Assembly: GCA_965652295.1 (NCBI GenBank)
Contig: CBFGTS010000001.1
Location: 32,001 to 96,000, forward strand
Length of the DNA: 64,000 nucleotides
From: an uncultured Haloferula sp.
GTDB taxonomy: Bacteria; Verrucomicrobiota; Verrucomicrobiia; Verrucomicrobiales; Akkermansiaceae
Direction of reading: 5' to 3'
Shown here: positions 59,459 through 64,000 of the stretch, one piece after another
Position numbering within the stretch: the first letter of the stretch is position 1
Layout of the letters: each line of letters starts with the position of its first letter
Notes under the pieces: generated by a model
Seen by the model: only the letters and a program-made list of their open reading frames with translations
What the model was told of the DNA's origin: nothing
Database searches by the model: none
Position numbers and translations under genes: made by a program

Positions 59459-61107
59459 GCGGCCGACATCGATGGGTGCTGTGGACCGCGTTGCCGGCCT
59501 GCGCGATGCTGATCCTGATGTCGATGGGCTGGCTGACTCACAGCGTGCTGCGGGCAGAGTCAGAGCGCGCCCGGACAGAGGCGAGGGCGCGACTGGAAGA
59601 GAAGATCCGCCTTTCGCTATGGCGGATGGATACTCTGGCGGCATCTGTGGCCATCGAGGAGAACCAGCGCGTGGTCCTGCCGGGCACCCCGGCTCCGGAG
59701 AACCCGCTGGTCAGGACCCGCTTCCACGTCGGCCCCGACGGTCGGGCTGCTCCGGTCGGTGGCGCCGTGGAAGAAGAACTGGCGCAGATAGACGACCTGC
59801 TCGACCGGCAACACGTCGAAACGACCCGCTTCGCCTTCATGTGCGCCGCGTTGGCAGTGGATAACCAATGGCTTTCCAACACGCACGCCGCCGCTCAGCC
59901 CAAGGCGGAGATCACCGATGGAGCCGATCAAATTTCGCAATCTTCTTGGAATCTCAACGAGCGGGCAAGCCGAGGGAAGGTGGTCAATCGGGCTGTGATG
60001 AAAGCGGGTCTTGAGCAGCGACTCCCGGAAATGACCGGCATGACACCGCTGGCATCCGGCTCCGGTTCGTTTCAACCCACCTGGCTTGGCGATGAGCCGT
60101 TCTTGCTACGGGTGGTCCGGGGGACGTCGGGGATCGCGGGCATCGAAGGAGTGTGGCTCAAGAAGGAGGCTTTCAGCAGGCTTTTGCTCGCAGAGGTCAG
60201 CGAGCTGCTTCCTCACGCCCGCCTCGTTCCTTCGACTCCGGGCTCGGCAGGCGCGGAAGCGCTTGAGCTCGCTTCATTTCCCTGGCGGCTCATTCCCGGC
60301 GAGTCGGCGGCGGCCGATCCGAGGCTGCGCGAGCCGGTGGTGCGTTCGCTTGTTGCGGGCTGGCTGGCGGTGTTGGTCGCGTTGGCGGCCGGGGTTGCGA
60401 TGATTCTCGCGATCGTAAGGCTCAGCGAACGCCGCGCCTCCTTCGTCTCCGCCGTGACCCACGAACTGCGCACGCCGCTGACCACCTTCCGCCTGTACTC
60501 CGGCATGCTCGCGGCTGGCATGGTAAAAAGCGAAGACAAGCGCAGGAGCTATTTTGAAACGATGCATCGTGAGTCCGACCGGCTCTCCCATCTCGTGGAG
60601 AACGTTCTGGCTTTTTCCCGCATCGAGGGCCGCAAGAAGACTCCGGATCTGGTCGCTCTTTCGATCCGGGATTTTCTCAAGTCGTTGCGGGAACGCTTTG
60701 AGGTCCGGTTGGAGAGCGTAGGGTTGGCTCTGGAGATTGAGGTGCAAGGGGATCCTGTGGCGGAAGCGGATGCGGCATCGGTGGAGCACATTCTTTTCAA
60801 CCTTATCGACAACGCAGCAAAGTATGCCGTTGGAGGCGAGCCCGCGGTGGTAACCATCCTTGGGCGTTCTGAGAGAGGGCGGGTGGTCATTGAAGTGATC
60901 GATCACGGTCCGGGCATACCGCTGCGGGAGCGCCGGCGTATTTTCCGGCCCTTTCACAAGTCTGCGGCAGAAGCGGCGCACACGAAGCCCGGCGTCGGGC
61001 TCGGCCTCAATCTGTCCCGGCGGCTCGCCCGCGAACTTGGTGGAGATCTGAAATGTTGCGACGGAAAGGGAGCCAGGTTCAGGCTGACGCTTCCGGGCTG
61101 TTGCTGA
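59455..61107 (+). CDS. Sensor histidine kinase (HisKA)
   Basis: Two TM helices; AVTHELRTPLT; NLIDNAAKY; DHGPGI; GVGLGL. Confidence 0.95.
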   Translation: MSGRHRWVLWTALPACAMLILMSMGWLTHSVLRAESERARTEARARLEEKIRLSLWRMDTLAASVAIEENQRVVLPGTPAPENPLVRTRFHVGPDGRAAPVGGAVEEELAQIDDLLDRQHVETTRFAFMCAALAVDNQWLSNTHAAAQPKAEITDGADQISQSSWNLNERASRGKVVNRAVMKAGLEQRLPEMTGMTPLASGSGSFQPTWLGDEPFLLRVVRGTSGIAGIEGVWLKKEAFSRLLLAEVSELLPHARLVPSTPGSAGAEALELASFPWRLIPGESAAADPRLREPVVRSLVAGWLAVLVALAAGVAMILAIVRLSERRASFVSAVTHELRTPLTTFRLYSGMLAAGMVKSEDKRRSYFETMHRESDRLSHLVENVLAFSRIEGRKKTPDLVALSIRDFLKSLRERFEVRLESVGLALEIEVQGDPVAEADAASVEHILFNLIDNAAKYAVGGEPAVVTILGRSERGRVVIEVIDHGPGIPLRERRRIFRPFHKSAAEAAHTKPGVGLGLNLSRRLARELGGDLKCCDGKGARFRLTLPGCC

Positions 61108-61165
61108 GGTTTCGGCTCCGGACCTTTCCATTTCGCCTCCCCGCGACCGGTCGAGAACTGGTTGG

Positions 61166-64000
61166 TCATTGCTCCGCCAGCGCGAGGCGGACGCGGTAGA
61201 ACTGGAACATCTGTCCGTCCGGGACGGGAGGCAGGGTGATGCGGTAGAGATCGCCGCCGAGATGACTGAGGACGGCACCGACGATTTCCTCGAAGCTGCC
61301 GGGGCTCATGTCGGGCGAGCCTTCGACGATGAAATCCATCTGGTCGAAATACTCCTCGGGCCAGATGAAATCGATCGTGAACTCGCCGGGATCGGCCGGT
61401 GCGATGGCGAGGCCGGGGAGCGACAGGGCGGCGGGCGTGCCTGCGGGGTCGGAGCCGCCCCGGGGATCGCTGCCGGCCAGGTAGTGTTCGAGCAGGGTGA
61501 AGGCCGAGTCCGCCGGAACGGAGAAGGGATCGTGGCCGGTGGTGCCGAAGAAAAAGCGCTCCCATTCGTCGTCGAGCAGGTTGGCGTCCTGATCGCGCGC
61601 GCTGGCGGCGGGCAGCGAGTTGTAAACGATGGCCGTGACCTCCATGGCGGGGAAACCGGTCGGCGAGGTGACGTCGGTGAAGCCGGTCACGGACATGGTG
61701 GTGCCTTCGAGGATACCTAGACCTTGTTCGAACAAGAAGGGCTCGCCGGTGGGACGGAGGAGGGCGACGGAGGTGGTGCCGAGCGGGCGGTAGGCCACGC
61801 CCGGAGCGGCGGAACCCTGCGGCAGCACCTCGATGGCCCAGGTGTCCACCGGGCGGAAGGCGTTGGCGGAAAGCGCGCGGATGGCGGCGACGGCGGTGCC
61901 GGCGTTGTTGAGGGTGGTGGCGGGGACGGTGCCGGCGTAGTCGGCGGGCAGGCTGCCGGTGGCCAGCCATTCGCGCAGGGCATCGAGCGGATGAACCATT
62001 GCCGGGTTTGCCGCGAAGCTGGCGATGTGGCGGTTGTAGACCCCGTTGGCGAGGGTGCGGAGGGCGGTGGCATTGGTGTTGCCGGCATGGACCCCGGTTT
62101 CCGCCAGGTCGAGCAGCTCGGAGAAATCGAAGCCGGCCGCGGCGAGGGTGGCGACCATGGTGCGGTCGAGCGGCGTGCGCGGGGCGTCCTGCGAACGCCA
62201 CGGCAGGGCGGTGAAGCCGGTCAGCGCCGGGGCGGGATCTCCGAGCAGGTCGGCGGCGGCGAGCTGGTCGTAGAGCATCGCCTCGCAAAGTACGGCGATC
62301 ATCGTATGAACCGGACGGATGTCGGTGAGTTCGTCGATCGGTGACCAGCCGGCGTAGGCGGTTTGTGCGGCAGCGATCCAGTTGGCGGCGTCGCCGGCGA
62401 GGTTGGTGCCGGTGGCGGTGAAGGCGATGGACGGGCCGGACGGGACCGGAATGTCCACGAAGCGGACGACCTCGCGGCCCTGCGGGCTGTTGGAGAGACC
62501 GACGCCGAAGAAGGTGTCGGTGGAGAGTGAGGCCCACTCGGTCTGTGCCGGGCTGGAGTTCGACACCGGCTCGGCCGCGCGCTGGCTGCCGAGGGTGGGG
62601 TGGACCACGCTCTCCACGTCGTCGCTGGCCAGCAGCGCGCCGGCGATGTCGCGAGCGTGGATCATCTCACCGGCGGAAATCCGTGCGGTGGTCTGGTGGG
62701 TGAAGGCGGCGGCGAGCCATTGGACGCCTTCGCCCTGGGGGACCGGGTTGCGGGGCGAGGGGACGTCGGTGTCGTCGCCGGGTTTGGTGCCTTCGAGCAG
62801 TTCCTCGAGGTCGGAAGCGCCGTCGCCGTCGGTATCCGCCCCACCGAAGGGATCGAGGCCAGCCTGCATTTCGACGAAATCGGGCACTCCGTCGGAGTCC
62901 GAGTCGATGTCGGCGAGGTTGGCCGCAGGGATCGTCCACTGGCGGCCGGTGATCGGGCCGGGCGTGCCGGTGGCGTTGTCCCTGAGGTGGAAATACCAGG
63001 TGGAGGAATAGGCGACGGAGAGCGAGCCGGGCCATTCCTTCCACGCGCTGGAGCTACTAGATTCGCGGTAGTAGAGCGTGTGCCGGGCGGTGTCGTAGAG
63101 GGCGCTGACCTCGACGGTGGAAGGCGACGCGCCGGACGGCGGGCTGATGGTAAGGGAAGGATTGAGGATCTGGTCGTTGGCGCGCAGGGCGGAGATGCTG
63201 AGCTCCGGTTGGTGTTGGTTACTGAGCAGGTAGTTCGCCCCGCCGGGAGCGGAAAACGAGCGGTTCGAGGGCGAGCCGAGGCCGGTGGAGGCATTGACGT
63301 AGGTTTCCCCGGTGATCGAGGCGGGGAAGGGGGCGGCGGTGGAGCCGGTGGTCCAGTCGGGCAGGATCTCCAGGCCGAGCAGGGCGGCGGTGTCGGTGAG
63401 GAAGGGCTCGCTGTCGAAGTAGAAGAGCGTCGCGAAGTCGGTGCCGACGTCGAGCAGGTCGGGGATCGAATCCGGCTCCGAGGCCTTCCACTCCGAGCCG
63501 TCCCAGAGGTGGTTGGTGAAGACGGTCGATGCCCCCTTGTCGAGGCCATCGAGTTGGACGATGCCGTGATTCTTGACGGGAACCAGACCGTGGAGGCGGA
63601 GCTTTTCGTCCACCGGCGAAAAGGCATTGAGCAGCTTGAGGGTTTTTCCGCCATCGACCCGCGCCCACACGCCCTCGCTGCCGTCGGCGGAGATGGCGAG
63701 GAAGCCGTCGGGTGCGCCGGGGAGTTCGACGCGCTGGATCGAGCCGATGCCGCCGGAGAGGTTGAGCAGTGGCTCGCCGGTCAGGGAGAGGGTGGCACCG
63801 GCCCCGATGCCGCCGTTCAGGGTGTAGAGCTTGAGTTCTTTTTCGCCGAACTGCCAGCAGACCACCAGTGTGCGGCCATCGGCACCGGGCACGGACGAGG
63901 CGAGGCGCCATTCGCCGGGCAGGCTGTCCTGGACGTCGAGGATCGCGGTGGCGCCGGAGCGGTAGGCGAGGAAAACATCGGTCGAGGCCCCGACGATGCG
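61166..64000 (-). CDS. Large secreted/surface protein with DxDxDG repeats (5' end outside the window)
   Basis: Frame stays open to the window edge; DSDSDGVPDFVE, DTDGDGASDLEE, DQDANLLDDEWE repeats; C-terminal FQFYRVRL motif. Confidence 0.8.
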   Translation of the reverse strand, partial: RIVGASTDVFLAYRSGATAILDVQDSLPGEWRLASSVPGADGRTLVVCWQFGEKELKLYTLNGGIGAGATLSLTGEPLLNLSGGIGSIQRVELPGAPDGFLAISADGSEGVWARVDGGKTLKLLNAFSPVDEKLRLHGLVPVKNHGIVQLDGLDKGASTVFTNHLWDGSEWKASEPDSIPDLLDVGTDFATLFYFDSEPFLTDTAALLGLEILPDWTTGSTAAPFPASITGETYVNASTGLGSPSNRSFSAPGGANYLLSNQHQPELSISALRANDQILNPSLTISPPSGASPSTVEVSALYDTARHTLYYRESSSSSAWKEWPGSLSVAYSSTWYFHLRDNATGTPGPITGRQWTIPAANLADIDSDSDGVPDFVEMQAGLDPFGGADTDGDGASDLEELLEGTKPGDDTDVPSPRNPVPQGEGVQWLAAAFTHQTTARISAGEMIHARDIAGALLASDDVESVVHPTLGSQRAAEPVSNSSPAQTEWASLSTDTFFGVGLSNSPQGREVVRFVDIPVPSGPSIAFTATGTNLAGDAANWIAAAQTAYAGWSPIDELTDIRPVHTMIAVLCEAMLYDQLAAADLLGDPAPALTGFTALPWRSQDAPRTPLDRTMVATLAAAGFDFSELLDLAETGVHAGNTNATALRTLANGVYNRHIASFAANPAMVHPLDALREWLATGSLPADYAGTVPATTLNNAGTAVAAIRALSANAFRPVDTWAIEVLPQGSAAPGVAYRPLGTTSVALLRPTGEPFLFEQGLGILEGTTMSVTGFTDVTSPTGFPAMEVTAIVYNSLPAASARDQDANLLDDEWERFFFGTTGHDPFSVPADSAFTLLEHYLAGSDPRGGSDPAGTPAALSLPGLAIAPADPGEFTIDFIWPEEYFDQMDFIVEGSPDMSPGSFEEIVGAVLSHLGGDLYRITLPPVPDGQMFQFYRVRLALAEQ

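Overview
GC-rich bacterial DNA whose gene content points to a Verrucomicrobiaceae member (Haloferula/Luteolibacter-like). This is inferred from the PEP-CTERM protein, the PilX-like pilin cassette protein, DxDxDG-repeat surface proteins and glycan-degrading enzymes. About 45 genes. Left: a pilin-like cassette pair, a GH39 hydrolase, three glycosyltransferases, a PEP-CTERM protein and tex. Between tex and truA (14.6-26.5 kb) lies a repeat-rich accessory island with a REP-associated tyrosine transposase and three REP doublets, an EVE-HNH-type endonuclease, a membrane-anchored DUF2726 protein, a rhomboid protease, a class A beta-lactamase, an FG-GAP protein with an in-frame TGA, and a PIN protein. 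Then recN, a frameshifted GH28-like hydrolase, a sulfatase, a MacAB-TolC-like ABC exporter operon, a GH29 fucosidase, and a LamG sensor kinase/LuxR regulator/LamG surface protein trio. A guanidine(urea) carboxylase operon follows (NikR-like regulator, cgdAB, four-helix-bundle gene, uca, atzF), then an OmpR two-component system and a partial surface protein. Main hunt result: the four-helix-bundle (23S-IVP-like) gene sits inside a 25/26-bp inverted repeat built of NGATTGN heptamers, predicted to sequester two start codons. Related heptamer tracts occur at other operon junctions and in-frame inside uca, in alternating orientation. The operon leader carries a near-consensus NikR operator, and the NikR paralogue lacks most nickel ligands. 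No rRNA, tRNA or CRISPR array was seen.
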